A stretch of DNA of 64,000 bases from an uncultured Acidimicrobiales bacterium (lineage in GTDB: Bacteria > Actinomycetota > Geothermincolia > Fen-727 > Anoxymicrobiaceae). Positions 20,305 to 29,719 of the stretch are shown piece after piece. Within the stretch, counting starts at the first letter, position 1. Each line of letters opens with the position of its first letter. A program made the translations under genes and the position numbers. The stretch lies in assembly GCA_964512645.1 (NCBI GenBank), contig CAZEJS010000001.1:64825-128824 (forward strand). The letters are read 5' to 3'. The notes beneath the pieces were generated by a model that did no database searches, was not told where the DNA came from, and saw nothing but the letters and a program-made list of their open reading frames with translations.

Positions 20305-21057
20305 TCAGGAGGCCCGCCCGGTTGGATGCCGGGAAGCGGCGAGGTTGGCCAGGGCCACCGCCCCGACGTACTCGTCCACGGTGCCGTTGCGCGAAGTGTC
20401 GGCGAGCTTGAGCTCCAGGGGGAAGTAGAGGGCGCCCAGGGAGACCGCGCCCCCGAGGTGGGCCAGCGCCCTATAGAGGAGGTTCCCGGAGACGCCGTCG
20501 GGGGCGATGAGGCAGTTGGCCCAGCGGAGCGCCTCCTCGATCATGATGTTGCAGTGCCTGACGCCGTAGCGTTCGGCCAGCGTCTCGCCGCGCCTGATGC
20601 TGGCGGCGATGCGGCCGGAGCGGCCGGCGTCCGCCGGACGCCCCGCCGAGAGCACCGCGACGCGCGGCTCCCACGACAGCAGCGAGCAGAACCGGCGCAT
20701 GTCCCCGATGAGCCTGCCCATCTCCCGGAGGTTGCCGCCTTCGTCGATGCCCACCGGCCCCAGCAGAAACGCCCGGCCCGAGGCCGGCAGAAGGAGCGCG
20801 ACGCGGCGTACCCCGGCGCGGGGGCGGAGCCGCCCCAGGGCCGCGAGGAACTCGTCGGAGGGCAGGGAGCCCCGCACCGCGGCGTCGATCTCCGAGGCGG
20901 CAAGCGCCCCCAGCATCTCCCCGGTGGAGCGGTAGACGGACAGCGGGCAGAACGCCACCGACCGGAGGACCGCCTCTTCGCGAACATCACCCTCCCCGAG
21001 ACCGATCCCCACCCTGAGGTCCGCCGAAGTGTCGAAGGGGAACTTCATCTCGTCCAT
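20305..21057 (-). CDS. Short phosphate acetyl/butyryltransferase-family (Pta/Ptb-like) protein
   Basis: C-terminal motif IAPDGVSGNLLYRAL resembles the Pta/PlsX DxxxGN..YK motif. It is only 250 aa, versus ~330 for Pta. Confidence 0.4.
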   Translation of the reverse strand: MDEMKFPFDTSADLRVGIGLGEGDVREEAVLRSVAFCPLSVYRSTGEMLGALAASEIDAAVRGSLPSDEFLAALGRLRPRAGVRRVALLLPASGRAFLLGPVGIDEGGNLREMGRLIGDMRRFCSLLSWEPRVAVLSAGRPADAGRSGRIAASIRRGETLAERYGVRHCNIMIEEALRWANCLIAPDGVSGNLLYRALAHLGGAVSLGALYFPLELKLADTSRNGTVDEYVGAVALANLAASRHPTGRAS

Positions 21058-21129
21058 GGGATGACTGTAACAGAAAGCGGGAGAAGCGCGCCGGGGCGGC
21101 AGGCTGGAGGGCGACGGGTTCGGCCGGCC

Positions 21130-22518
21130 TCACGCCGGCGCCGGGCGCCGGGCGTAGTAGGCGCGCATCACCGAAAGGGCCTCAACCGCCTCCTCCGGCC
21201 TCTCGAAGACCGGGTAGTCCATCCTGCCCTGCACGTCCCTGAGGTACTGGCACTGGGACAGAAGGCACAGCGCCACCGGCTTGTCGTGCCTGCGCATCAG
21301 GCGGCCGATCTCCGGGTAAGGCTCGCGCGACATGCCGGCGTAAGCCCCGTCGTACTTGGCGTCGGAACGGCGGAGCAGCACCATCGCCACCCCGTCGATG
21401 TCGTCCTGGCCGAGCAGCCGGTCCAGCGCGTTGAGTATGGCCTCCGTGGAATGGATGTCGCCCAGGTCGAGCGGGTTTCCCAGCCTGATGACGTCGGAGC
21501 GCACGTACTCCCGCAGCCCGGAGACCACCTCGCCGGACAGGGGCGGGAACTCGAAGCCGGCCCTGCAGGCCCCGTCGGCGCAGAGCACCGTGTAGCCGCC
21601 CGCCTGGGAGACCACCGCCACGCGGTTCCCCCTCATGGGGGGCATCTCGAAGGCCCGGGCGAGGTCGATGAGCTTGCGTATCTCCCCGACCCTGATCGCC
21701 CCTGCCTGCCGGAGCGCCCCGTCCAGCACGCGGTCGTCGTTGGCGAGAGCCGCGGTGTGGCTGGCGGCGGTGCGCGCCCCGACCTCGGTGGTGTTGGCCT
21801 TGTAGACGAGCAGGGGCTTGTCCAGGCGCTTCGCCGCCTCGAACAGGTCGCGGCCCCGCACCACGCTCTCCAGGAACATGCAGATTACCCTGGTTCCCTC
21901 GTCCCGCCCGAGGTACTCCAGGAAGTCGAGCTCGTCCATGTCCACCTTGTTGCCGACCGAGACGAACTTGTTGAACCTGGAGCTGCTGTTGTCGAGGAAC
22001 ATGATGAGGCTGACCCCCACCCCGCCGGACTGGGTAATTATCGAGATGCCCCCGGCCTCCCGCTTCTTGAAGGTCAGGAACGGCAGGCAGAGGCCATTCT
22101 CGGCGTTGATGAGGGTAAGGCCGTTGGGTCCGACAAAACGGATGCCGTAAGCGTCGGCCTTCGACCGGATGAGCCGGGTCAGCTCGTCGCCCCCGGGGCC
22201 CAGTTCGGAGAACCCCCCGGAAGGGATGGCCATGAGCCGGATCCCCTTGGCGGCGCAGTCGTCCATCACCGCGGGAACCGCCGTCGCGGGCACGAAAGCC
22301 ACCGCCAGGTCCACTTTCCCGGGGATGTCGCCGAGGCTTTCGTAACCCCGGAGCCCCAGCACGTCCTCGCCCCGCGGGTTCACCGGGTACACCGCGCCGG
22401 CGTACCCCCAGGTGATGAGGTTCTGCACGATGTTGCGGCCCATGTTCCTGGAGCCGGCCGAGGCCCCGACGACGGCCACGCTGTCGGGGTAGAACATCCT
22501 GCGTATGTCTTCGTCCAT
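21130..22518 (-). CDS. Acetyl/acyl-CoA synthetase (ADP-forming) alpha subunit (CoA-binding plus ligase-CoA domains)
   Basis: N-terminal CoA-binding Rossmann region SVAVVGASAGSRNMGRNIV..YPVNP. Succinyl-CoA-synthetase-alpha-like central region. ~460 aa, typical of ACD alpha. Confidence 0.7.
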   Translation of the reverse strand: MDEDIRRMFYPDSVAVVGASAGSRNMGRNIVQNLITWGYAGAVYPVNPRGEDVLGLRGYESLGDIPGKVDLAVAFVPATAVPAVMDDCAAKGIRLMAIPSGGFSELGPGGDELTRLIRSKADAYGIRFVGPNGLTLINAENGLCLPFLTFKKREAGGISIITQSGGVGVSLIMFLDNSSSRFNKFVSVGNKVDMDELDFLEYLGRDEGTRVICMFLESVVRGRDLFEAAKRLDKPLLVYKANTTEVGARTAASHTAALANDDRVLDGALRQAGAIRVGEIRKLIDLARAFEMPPMRGNRVAVVSQAGGYTVLCADGACRAGFEFPPLSGEVVSGLREYVRSDVIRLGNPLDLGDIHSTEAILNALDRLLGQDDIDGVAMVLLRRSDAKYDGAYAGMSREPYPEIGRLMRRHDKPVALCLLSQCQYLRDVQGRMDYPVFERPEEAVEALSVMRAYYARRPAPA

Positions 22519-22709
22519 GCTGCCCCCGATCCGGCGCCGTCCCTACGGGGCGGCACCGCGGGTAGTATCCCACCGGACGCGGAGGTAATGCAATCTCCTC
22601 CGGCGGAGCGGGGGGCGCCGCAACGGCGGGAGCTTTCGCTTCCCGGGCAACTTCCGCGGGGCCGTGGAGGCGGCGCGGGATAGCCGAGCGCCGGGAAACG
22701 CCCCGGTGC

Positions 22710-23900
22710 TCAGCCCTCGCCGTCGGGGCCCAGCGACTCCAGGACCAGCGATACCAGGTCCACCACCGGGAGACCGCCGTCCCGCTCCGCGGCGCCGGCG
22801 AGGTTAATCTCGCAGAACGGGCAGCAAGTCACCAGCACCTCCGAGCCGGTCTCCTCCGCCTCCGCCTGCCGGGCCGAGGCGATGTCCAGGGCGACAGAGG
22901 CGTGGCCGGTGCGCAGGCCGCCCCCCCCGCCGCAGCACCGGGAGTTCATGCCGGTCCGGGCCATCTCCGAGACCTCTACGCCGGGCAGGGCCGCGAGCAC
23001 CCGGCGGGGCGCGTCCACCACGCCCCCGTGCCTCGCCAGGTGGCAGGGGTCGTGGTAGGTGACCTTCCGCTCGAGGGGACGGGGCGCGAGCCTGCCTTCT
23101 TCCAGGAGCGAGGCCAGGACCTCCGACATGTGCAGAACCTCGACGTCGAAGGTGGCCACCTTTGGGTACTCGTGCTTCATGATGCCGTAGCAGCCCGCGC
23201 AGGCGGTGATCACCCTGTCCACCCCCAGCGCGTTTATCCTCTCGATGTTCTTCGCCGCCTGGGCGGCGAACACGTCCTTCATCCCCACGCGCATCGCGGT
23301 GCTGCCGCAGCAGACCTCCTCGCGGCCCATTATGCCGAAGTCCACCCCCGCGGCCGCCAGCACCCCGGCGGTGGCCAGGGCCACCTCCTGCATCTCCGGG
23401 AGGTAGGCGGCGGTGCACCCGGGATAGTAGAGCGTGTCGGATTTCTGCTTCGGAAGCACCTTGACGCGGCCCTTGAGCCTGCGCGCCCAGCGGTCCCGCT
23501 GCGCGCGGGGCATCTGCCAGGGGTTGTCGTAGTTCTGCACGCTGCGGACCATCTCCATCTGCGGCTCGAGGGGGCCCCGGCCTTCGCGCACCATCTCGTC
23601 ACGCAGGAGGTTTACCAGCTCGGTGAGCCTGATCCCCATCGGGCACCGCACCGCGCAGGAGTAGCAGGCGGAACAGTAGTAGACGACCTCCGGCCGGAGC
23701 ACCTCTTCGCGGCCGCCGGTGAGCACCAGTCGGACGATCTCCCGCGGCCCGAGGTCGCTGTAGGCCGCAACCGGGCAGGAGGCTGTGCACGTCCCGCACT
23801 GCAGGCACGAGGTCACCTTGTCGCGAATCCCCGAGCCGCCGACGACCTGTTCGAAGAACTCGCCGGTGAACCCGGTCAGGGGCTTCCTCCCGTCGCTCAT
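22710..23900 (-). CDS. HdrD/GlcF-like iron-sulfur protein (two 4Fe-4S motifs plus two CCG domains)
   Basis: CLQCGTCTASCP and CSACYSCAVRCP ferredoxin motifs. CCG-domain cysteines (CCGSTAM, CCGGGGG, CCPFC). ATG 23900 with GGGGAG RBS. Confidence 0.75.
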   Translation of the reverse strand: MSDGRKPLTGFTGEFFEQVVGGSGIRDKVTSCLQCGTCTASCPVAAYSDLGPREIVRLVLTGGREEVLRPEVVYYCSACYSCAVRCPMGIRLTELVNLLRDEMVREGRGPLEPQMEMVRSVQNYDNPWQMPRAQRDRWARRLKGRVKVLPKQKSDTLYYPGCTAAYLPEMQEVALATAGVLAAAGVDFGIMGREEVCCGSTAMRVGMKDVFAAQAAKNIERINALGVDRVITACAGCYGIMKHEYPKVATFDVEVLHMSEVLASLLEEGRLAPRPLERKVTYHDPCHLARHGGVVDAPRRVLAALPGVEVSEMARTGMNSRCCGGGGGLRTGHASVALDIASARQAEAEETGSEVLVTCCPFCEINLAGAAERDGGLPVVDLVSLVLESLGPDGEG

Positions 23901-23919
23901 CCCACTCCCCGCGCCTTTC

Positions 23920-24699
23920 TCATCCCGCCCCGGCGGTCTCGCCCGCCAGGTAGCCCAGTATCTCCGAGCGCAACCGTATGAACTCCCCGTCCGTCCGGTT
24001 CCTGGGGTACGGCTGCGCGTTGGCGAAAGTCCGGACCACACGTGCCGGACGCCCGGACAGCCCGACGATCTCCCCCCCGAGGTAGACGGCCTCGTCCACG
24101 GAATGGGTGACGAAGACCACGGTCTTGCCGGTCTTCTCCCAGAGCTCGACCAGAAAGGCCTGCATGGCGTTCCTGGTCTGAGCGTCGAGGGAAGCGAACG
24201 GCTCGTCCATCAGCAGCACCGCGGGCTCGACCGCCAGCGTCCGGGCGATGGCGACCCTCTGCTTCATCCCGCCGGAGAGCTCCCGGGGGTACAGGTCATC
24301 GTGCCCGGTCATCCCAACGACCCGGAGGTACCCGTCGGCCCTGCCGCGCGCTTCCCGCCGCGACACACCCGCGATCTCCAGGCCGAAGGAGACGTTGCGC
24401 GCCGCGGTGCGCCAGGGGAAGAGCGCGTACTCCTGGAAGACCATCCCCCGCTCCGGGCCCGGGCCCTCCACCGGGACGCCCTCGAAGAGGACCTCCCCGG
24501 AAGTCGGCGCCAGCAGCCCGGCGATCAGCCTCAGCAGGGTAGTCTTGCCGCAGCCCGACGGGCCGACGATGCAGGTCAGGGCCCCTTCGGTCACGTCGAG
24601 ATCGATCCCGTCGAGGACCTCGAGTTCCCTGCCGCTCTTCTGTTCGCTGAACGATTTGCGCAGGCCCCGCAGCGAGAGCAGGGACCCGCCGGCCCTCAT
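23920..24699 (-). CDS. ABC transporter ATP-binding protein (NitT/TauT family)
   Basis: Walker A GPSGCGKTT, ABC signature LSGGMKQRVAIAR, Walker B LLMDEPFASLD. ATG 24699 in an ATGA overlap with the permease stop. The upstream 253 aa of the 512-aa track ORF is artefact. Confidence 0.85.
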   Translation of the reverse strand: MRAGGSLLSLRGLRKSFSEQKSGRELEVLDGIDLDVTEGALTCIVGPSGCGKTTLLRLIAGLLAPTSGEVLFEGVPVEGPGPERGMVFQEYALFPWRTAARNVSFGLEIAGVSRREARGRADGYLRVVGMTGHDDLYPRELSGGMKQRVAIARTLAVEPAVLLMDEPFASLDAQTRNAMQAFLVELWEKTGKTVVFVTHSVDEAVYLGGEIVGLSGRPARVVRTFANAQPYPRNRTDGEFIRLRSEILGYLAGETAGAG

Positions 24700-25448
24700 C
24701 TCCACCTCAACAGCCTCTTTTCGACAATCCTTATCAACCGGTCCGCCAGGAAACCGATCACACCGATGACCAGGATGCCGGCCACCAGCAAATCGAAGCG
24801 CGCCAGGTCGCGGGCGGTCATTATCATGTAGCCAAGCCCGTAGCCGTTCTTCACCCCGATGAGCTCGGCCGCCACCAGGGTCATCCAGGCGATGCCCATG
24901 CCTATGCGCACCCCGGTGATGATGGAGGGAGTGGATCCCGGCACCAGCACCCTCCATAGGATGGTGCCCTCCCGCGCCCCCAGCGTCCGGGCCGCCTCCA
25001 CCAGGCGGGCGTCCACCCCCTTCACCCCCAGGACGGTGTTCAGCACGATCGGGAAGAAGGCCCCCAGCGCGATAATGAACGCGGCGGAGCCCAGCCCGAG
25101 CCCGAACCACACCAGGGCCAGGGGCAGCCAGGCCAGCGGGGGCACCGGCCTGACGACCTCCACCAGCGGGTCCACCGCGGTCTCGAACCACTTCGACCAC
25201 CCCATGAGTATCCCCATGGGGACCGCTATCACCAGGGCGATGCCGAAGCCGGTGAACACCCGCAGGAGGCTGTAGGCGACGTGTCCCTGCAGGTGGTACC
25301 CCCGGGGCAGGCCGGTGGCGGCGAGGTCGTAAAGCCCTTTCAGGACGTCCCACGGCGAAGGCGTCGCCCTCCCCAGCGCCCCGGTCACCGCGAGCGCCTG
25401 CCACACCGCGAGCGCCGCGAGCGGCGAGGCCAGCTTCCACTTCTTCAC
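24696..25448 (-). CDS. ABC transporter permease (NitT/TauT family, SsuC/TauC-like)
   Basis: Six hydrophobic segments and the permease EAA-like loop (LVEAARTLGAREGTILWRVLVP). Confidence 0.8.
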   Translation of the reverse strand: MKKWKLASPLAALAVWQALAVTGALGRATPSPWDVLKGLYDLAATGLPRGYHLQGHVAYSLLRVFTGFGIALVIAVPMGILMGWSKWFETAVDPLVEVVRPVPPLAWLPLALVWFGLGLGSAAFIIALGAFFPIVLNTVLGVKGVDARLVEAARTLGAREGTILWRVLVPGSTPSIITGVRIGMGIAWMTLVAAELIGVKNGYGLGYMIMTARDLARFDLLVAGILVIGVIGFLADRLIRIVEKRLLRWR

Positions 25449-26455
25449 TTGCCGTCACCGGGGATGAAGGAGCTGTCCACCATGGACCTCGCGAAGGCGG
25501 CGGGGTTCTTCTCCTTGATCACCCCCTGCCCGGCCATGAACACGGCGTACTCCCCAATCTTCCTGACGTCCGGCCTGAAAGAGAAGCCGATGTTCTTCAT
25601 CGCGGCCCTGACGACGTCCGTCGGCTGGCCGGTGAACAGGTGCGCCATGTCGGCGGCCTCCAGCCGGTTGTCCCTGATATACCTGGTAGCCTTGACGTGG
25701 GCGGCGACGAAGCGCCTAACCGCGTCGGGGTTCTTCTCGATGAAGGCCGAATCGGCGACCACCATGCAGCACGGGTGGTCCGGCCAGATCTCCCGGGAGC
25801 TCAGAAGCGTCCTCCCCGCACCCTGGGCCCGGGCCATCGACGGGTAAGGTTCCCAGGCGAGGGCCGCGTCAACCTGGGCCCCGGCGAGAGCCGGCAGCAT
25901 CTCCGGGGGCTTGAGCACCGTCTTCCTGACCTGCGAAGGTTCCATGCCCGCCTTCTCCAGCGCGCGATGAAGCAGGAAGTCCTGCACGGTGGAGAGGCCG
26001 GGGACGGCGATCGTGCGCCCCTCGAGGTCGGTAATTTCCTTTACGTCGAGCCCCGGCCGCACTATCAGGGAGGTCCCCCCGGTATTCGCCTGGGCCACTA
26101 TCTTCACGTCGGCCATGCGCTGTCCGGCGAAAGTCAGGCACGGCGCCGTCCCCACGTAGCCGATATCGAGGTCTCCCGCCGAGAACGAACTCATCTCTTC
26201 CGGGCCGGCGTTGAAGGCGCCGCCCTCCCGGATGTCCAGGCCCTGCTCCTTGAAAAAACCTTTCTCTCTGGCGACGTAGAAGGCGAGCTGGTGCAGGTCG
26301 TTCCGCAGGAACCCCACCCTCACCACCCTGGAAGCGGATTCGGAGCCGCCGCACCCGGCGCCGGCGGTCACCAGCGCCCCGAGCAGCACCGCCGCGCAGG
26401 CGCACGCCAGGCACGCACTCGCGGAACGCCATGGTCCAACGCGGGTCTGTTTCAT
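25445..26455 (-). CDS. ABC transporter substrate-binding lipoprotein (NMT1/SsuA/TauA-like)
   Basis: Signal peptide with lipobox-like AGAGC. Periplasmic-binding-protein fold length (~336 aa). Its start overlaps the HdrA stop. Confidence 0.7.
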   Translation of the reverse strand: MKQTRVGPWRSASACLACACAAVLLGALVTAGAGCGGSESASRVVRVGFLRNDLHQLAFYVAREKGFFKEQGLDIREGGAFNAGPEEMSSFSAGDLDIGYVGTAPCLTFAGQRMADVKIVAQANTGGTSLIVRPGLDVKEITDLEGRTIAVPGLSTVQDFLLHRALEKAGMEPSQVRKTVLKPPEMLPALAGAQVDAALAWEPYPSMARAQGAGRTLLSSREIWPDHPCCMVVADSAFIEKNPDAVRRFVAAHVKATRYIRDNRLEAADMAHLFTGQPTDVVRAAMKNIGFSFRPDVRKIGEYAVFMAGQGVIKEKNPAAFARSMVDSSFIPGDGK

Positions 26456-28395
26456 CTCAGCAACCCTTCTATGTTAGCCACTATCTGGCCGTCGTCGCCC
26501 AGTTCCACCCCGGCGGCCCCGCTGAGGCAGGCGGCGGCGCAGACCCCGCAGCCCCTGCAGAGGGCTTCGTTCGCCACCGCAACGCCGTCCTCCAGGGAGA
26601 GCGCCCCGTACGGGCAGGCGGCGACGCATATCCCGCAGCCCCTGCACGCTTCCCGATCGATGACGCAGACGCCGGCGTCGATGGACACCGTTCCGCCGTC
26701 CAGCAGCGCCAGGGCCTCCGACGCCGCGGCAAGCGCCTGGGCGACCGTGTCCGGTATGTCCTTGGGACCCTGGCAGCAGCCCGCCAGGTAGATGCCGTCC
26801 GCCGCCGCTTCCACCGGCCTGAGCTTGGGGTGGGCCTCGGCGAAGAAGCCGTCGGCGCTCCGGGAGATGCCCAGGGTGCGCGCCAGGCCGGCGGCCCCCG
26901 CGTCAGGGACCAGGCCCGTCGCCAGCACCACCATGTCCACCGGCAGTTCCACGGGCCGGGAGAGCAGGGTGTCCTCGGCGAAAACCTTCAGCTCCCCGCC
27001 GAGGCGGGCCACGTCGGCGCACTTGCCCCTTATGAAGTAGACCCCCTCGTCGCGCACCCGTCGGTAGAACTCCTGGTACCCCTTCCCGAAGGCGGTGACG
27101 TCGATGTAGAACTCGCTCACCCGGGCGCCGGTCCTCTCGCGGGCGGTCAGCGCCTGCTTCATCGAGTACATGCAGCAGACCCGCGAGCAGTACTCGTTGG
27201 CGTTCTCGTCCCGAGAACCGATGCAGTGCAGGAAGGCGATCGAGCGCGGCTCGGAGCCGTCGGGCAGGAGGACCCGGCCCCCGGTGGGACCCGAGGCCGA
27301 GAGCATCCGCTCGAACTGCAGGCCGGTGAGCACCTCGGGGTAGCGCCCGTACCCGAACTGGGGCATGGCGGCGGCGTCGAAAACGTCGAAGCCGGTGGCG
27401 ACGATGACCGCCCCCACCTCGATCTCCCGCACCTCGTCGGCCATGTCCAGATCTATCGCCCCGGCGCTGCAGGCCTCCAGGCATTGAGAGGAGCACCTGC
27501 CTTTGGTCACGTACAGGCAGGCCTTCGGGTCCACCGCGGCGCAGGACGGCACCGCCTGGGCGAACGGGATGTAGATCGCCGAGCGTTTCGCCAGGCCGGC
27601 CTCGAACTCGTCGGGTATCCGGCCCGCCAGCACGCACGCCCCCGCGCAGTCGCCGCACCCGGTGCACCGGGCGGCATCCACCCGCCTGGCCCTGGTGCGC
27701 ACGGTCGCGGTGAAGTTTCCGACGAACCCGTCGAGGCTCTCCAGCTCGCTGGTGGTGAGCAGCTCGATCTCCGGGCGCCGCTCCAGCTCCACCATCTTCG
27801 GCATCATGATGCAGGCGGAGCAGTCGAGCGTGGGGAAGGTCTTGTCGAGCAGGGCCATGTGCCCCCCGACGCTGGGGGAGCGCTCCACCAGGTACACCTT
27901 CCTGCCCGCGTCGGCGAGCTTGAGCGCGGCGGTGATCCCGGCTATCCCGGCGCCGAGGACCAGCACCGCGCCGGTCACCGGGAACTCGCGGCATTCGAGC
28001 TCCCTGTGCAGGGCGACCCTGGCCACCGCTCCAGCTACCAGTGAAGCCGCCTTGCGCGTGGCGGCGTCGCCGTCGTCGTGGACCCAGGAGCACTGCTCCC
28101 GGATGTTGGCCATCTCCAGGAGATAGGGGTTGAGGCCGGCTTCCTCCAGCGCGGCTCGGAAGGTGTGCTCGTGCATCCTCGGGGAACAGGCGGCCACGAC
28201 GACGCGGTCGAGGCCCAGCGATTCTATGTCCGACTTGATGAGGGACTGCCCGGCGTCTGAGCACATGTAATCGCAGTCCCTGGCGACGGCAACGCCCGGG
28301 AGCGACCGGGCCCGTTCCGCCAGCGCCGGGCAGTCGACAACGCCGGCTATGTTGCTGCCGCAGCGGCAGACGTAAACACCCGTCCTGCTAGCCAT
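26452..28395 (-). CDS. hdrA: Heterodisulfide reductase subunit A-like (HdrA) FAD/Fe-S flavoprotein
   Basis: N-terminal Cys cluster YVCRCGSNIAG, FAD motif VLVLGAGIAGITAALKLA, inserted ferredoxin CTGCGDCAGAC, C-terminal 2x4Fe-4S (CRGCGICVAACP, CRGCGVCAAAC). ~647 aa. Confidence 0.8.
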   Translation of the reverse strand: MASRTGVYVCRCGSNIAGVVDCPALAERARSLPGVAVARDCDYMCSDAGQSLIKSDIESLGLDRVVVAACSPRMHEHTFRAALEEAGLNPYLLEMANIREQCSWVHDDGDAATRKAASLVAGAVARVALHRELECREFPVTGAVLVLGAGIAGITAALKLADAGRKVYLVERSPSVGGHMALLDKTFPTLDCSACIMMPKMVELERRPEIELLTTSELESLDGFVGNFTATVRTRARRVDAARCTGCGDCAGACVLAGRIPDEFEAGLAKRSAIYIPFAQAVPSCAAVDPKACLYVTKGRCSSQCLEACSAGAIDLDMADEVREIEVGAVIVATGFDVFDAAAMPQFGYGRYPEVLTGLQFERMLSASGPTGGRVLLPDGSEPRSIAFLHCIGSRDENANEYCSRVCCMYSMKQALTARERTGARVSEFYIDVTAFGKGYQEFYRRVRDEGVYFIRGKCADVARLGGELKVFAEDTLLSRPVELPVDMVVLATGLVPDAGAAGLARTLGISRSADGFFAEAHPKLRPVEAAADGIYLAGCCQGPKDIPDTVAQALAAASEALALLDGGTVSIDAGVCVIDREACRGCGICVAACPYGALSLEDGVAVANEALCRGCGVCAAACLSGAAGVELGDDGQIVANIEGLLR

Positions 28396-29713
28396 CGGTG
28401 CCGGTCCCTCCGCGCTCGTCCGTCCCGCGCCGCCGCTCCTCGAGTCGCAGCTCGAAGTACAGCGAAAGAAAACCTGCGGTGAGCTCCTTGAGCATGGTCA
28501 ACAGCGACGCGGCCTCCGCCTGCGACTCCTGGTTCGACCGTACCGCAACGGAAAGCTCTTTAGCAAGGTCGCACGCCCGGGCGTACCCCTCGGCGAGCCG
28601 CTCCAGCTCCGCGCAGGCGCCGAGCGTCCCCCCGGCGGACCGGCGTTCCAGGTACGGCAGGCGGTCCCAGGCGTACTGCAGGAACATCCGTATTTTCTCA
28701 GGCTCCCAGACCTTCACCCCTATCTTCCAGGTGACCTGGGAGCGCTCGAGTCCGTACCCCACGATCCGCGCGTTGGAGACCTGCCTCTTTATCTCCAGGA
28801 GCGACCGGGAGACCTCCGGGCGGCCTTTGCACACCGACGCTCCCCGGCGGGTCGCGCCCCCGCCTGGGGCCCTCGCCCTCCGTGGGGAGGTCCTCCCGCT
28901 GTGCTCGACGAACATCTCCCCCATCAACGCGTTGGCCTCGGGGAAGTGCGGGTGCTCCAGGTGCGGTCCGCTGGCGACGGCGACGCCGTCGCCCAGCTCC
29001 TGGAAGACCACCGCCTGCCTGCCGGCGATGAAGCTCCCGGCGCGCTCGCGCGGCCAGAGGAACGCGGCGCGCGACGCGGCGGAGGCGTAGTCGGCAAGCG
29101 AGCGCGCCTCCCCGGCGGACATCACCGGCCCCCCGAAGAGCGGGGCGGAGATCTCCGCGGCTTCCCGGAACGCCAGCATCCCGGGAGCGGGCCCCCGGGG
29201 GAGGAGCGCGACCTCACCGTACACGGGGTGGAAGACCCACTCCCTCCCGTACGGCGCGAGGTACTTGTGCTCGAGACAGAGCGGCGCGGGCGGGTCATCC
29301 ATCACGTTGAGCATGTCCGCGTCCACCAGCCGGAACGGGGTGAACGGCTCCATGTCAACGCCCCGAAGGACCAGGTAGCCCCCGGCGCAGGAGCCGTGAT
29401 AGAAGCCCCCGCCCCTGACGAACTCCTCCAGGCGCCGGGCCCCGTCGGTGCCCAGGGAGCGGGCCATGGCGTAGGTGTCCCCGCCGCCGACCAGCATGAT
29501 GTCCCTCGTTTCCAGTGCCCCCTCGAGGACGTCATGGTGGGTAAGGAAGCGGACGTCGAAGGTCTCCAGTCTCTCCAGCAGGTCGGCGAACCATATCCAG
29601 GAGTGCGAGGCGCCCTCGCCGCAATAGACCGCCACCCCCGGCTCGCCGGCGAGCCTGGCGGCGAGCGAAGTTAGCGCCCGGTGGCGCGCCGTCCTGGGGG
29701 TACGCCGTTTCAC
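28388..29713 (-). CDS. BPL_N-like (biotin-protein-ligase N-terminal, class-I glutamine-amidotransferase-like) domain protein, function unknown
   Basis: VAVYCGEGASHSWIWFADLLE..IMLVGGGDTYAMARSLG..GGGFYHGSCAGGYL resembles the BPL_N/GATase1-like fold. Helical C-terminal ~170 aa. GTG start 29713 is uncertain. Confidence 0.4.
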   Translation of the reverse strand: MKRRTPRTARHRALTSLAARLAGEPGVAVYCGEGASHSWIWFADLLERLETFDVRFLTHHDVLEGALETRDIMLVGGGDTYAMARSLGTDGARRLEEFVRGGGFYHGSCAGGYLVLRGVDMEPFTPFRLVDADMLNVMDDPPAPLCLEHKYLAPYGREWVFHPVYGEVALLPRGPAPGMLAFREAAEISAPLFGGPVMSAGEARSLADYASAASRAAFLWPRERAGSFIAGRQAVVFQELGDGVAVASGPHLEHPHFPEANALMGEMFVEHSGRTSPRRARAPGGGATRRGASVCKGRPEVSRSLLEIKRQVSNARIVGYGLERSQVTWKIGVKVWEPEKIRMFLQYAWDRLPYLERRSAGGTLGACAELERLAEGYARACDLAKELSVAVRSNQESQAEAASLLTMLKELTAGFLSLYFELRLEERRRGTDERGGTGTDG

Positions 29714-29719
29714 GATCCC

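Noticed and set aside
20236-22683. 815-aa plus-strand ORF
   Set aside because: It is antisense to the Pta-like and ACD-alpha genes, which have clear family motifs. The composition is low-complexity Arg/Gly/Pro.
23920-25458. Single 512-aa ABC ATPase ORF
   Set aside because: The first ~253 residues are low-complexity sequence overlapping the permease gene in another frame. The true ATPase begins at ATG 24699 (Walker A shortly after), in an ATGA overlap with the permease stop.
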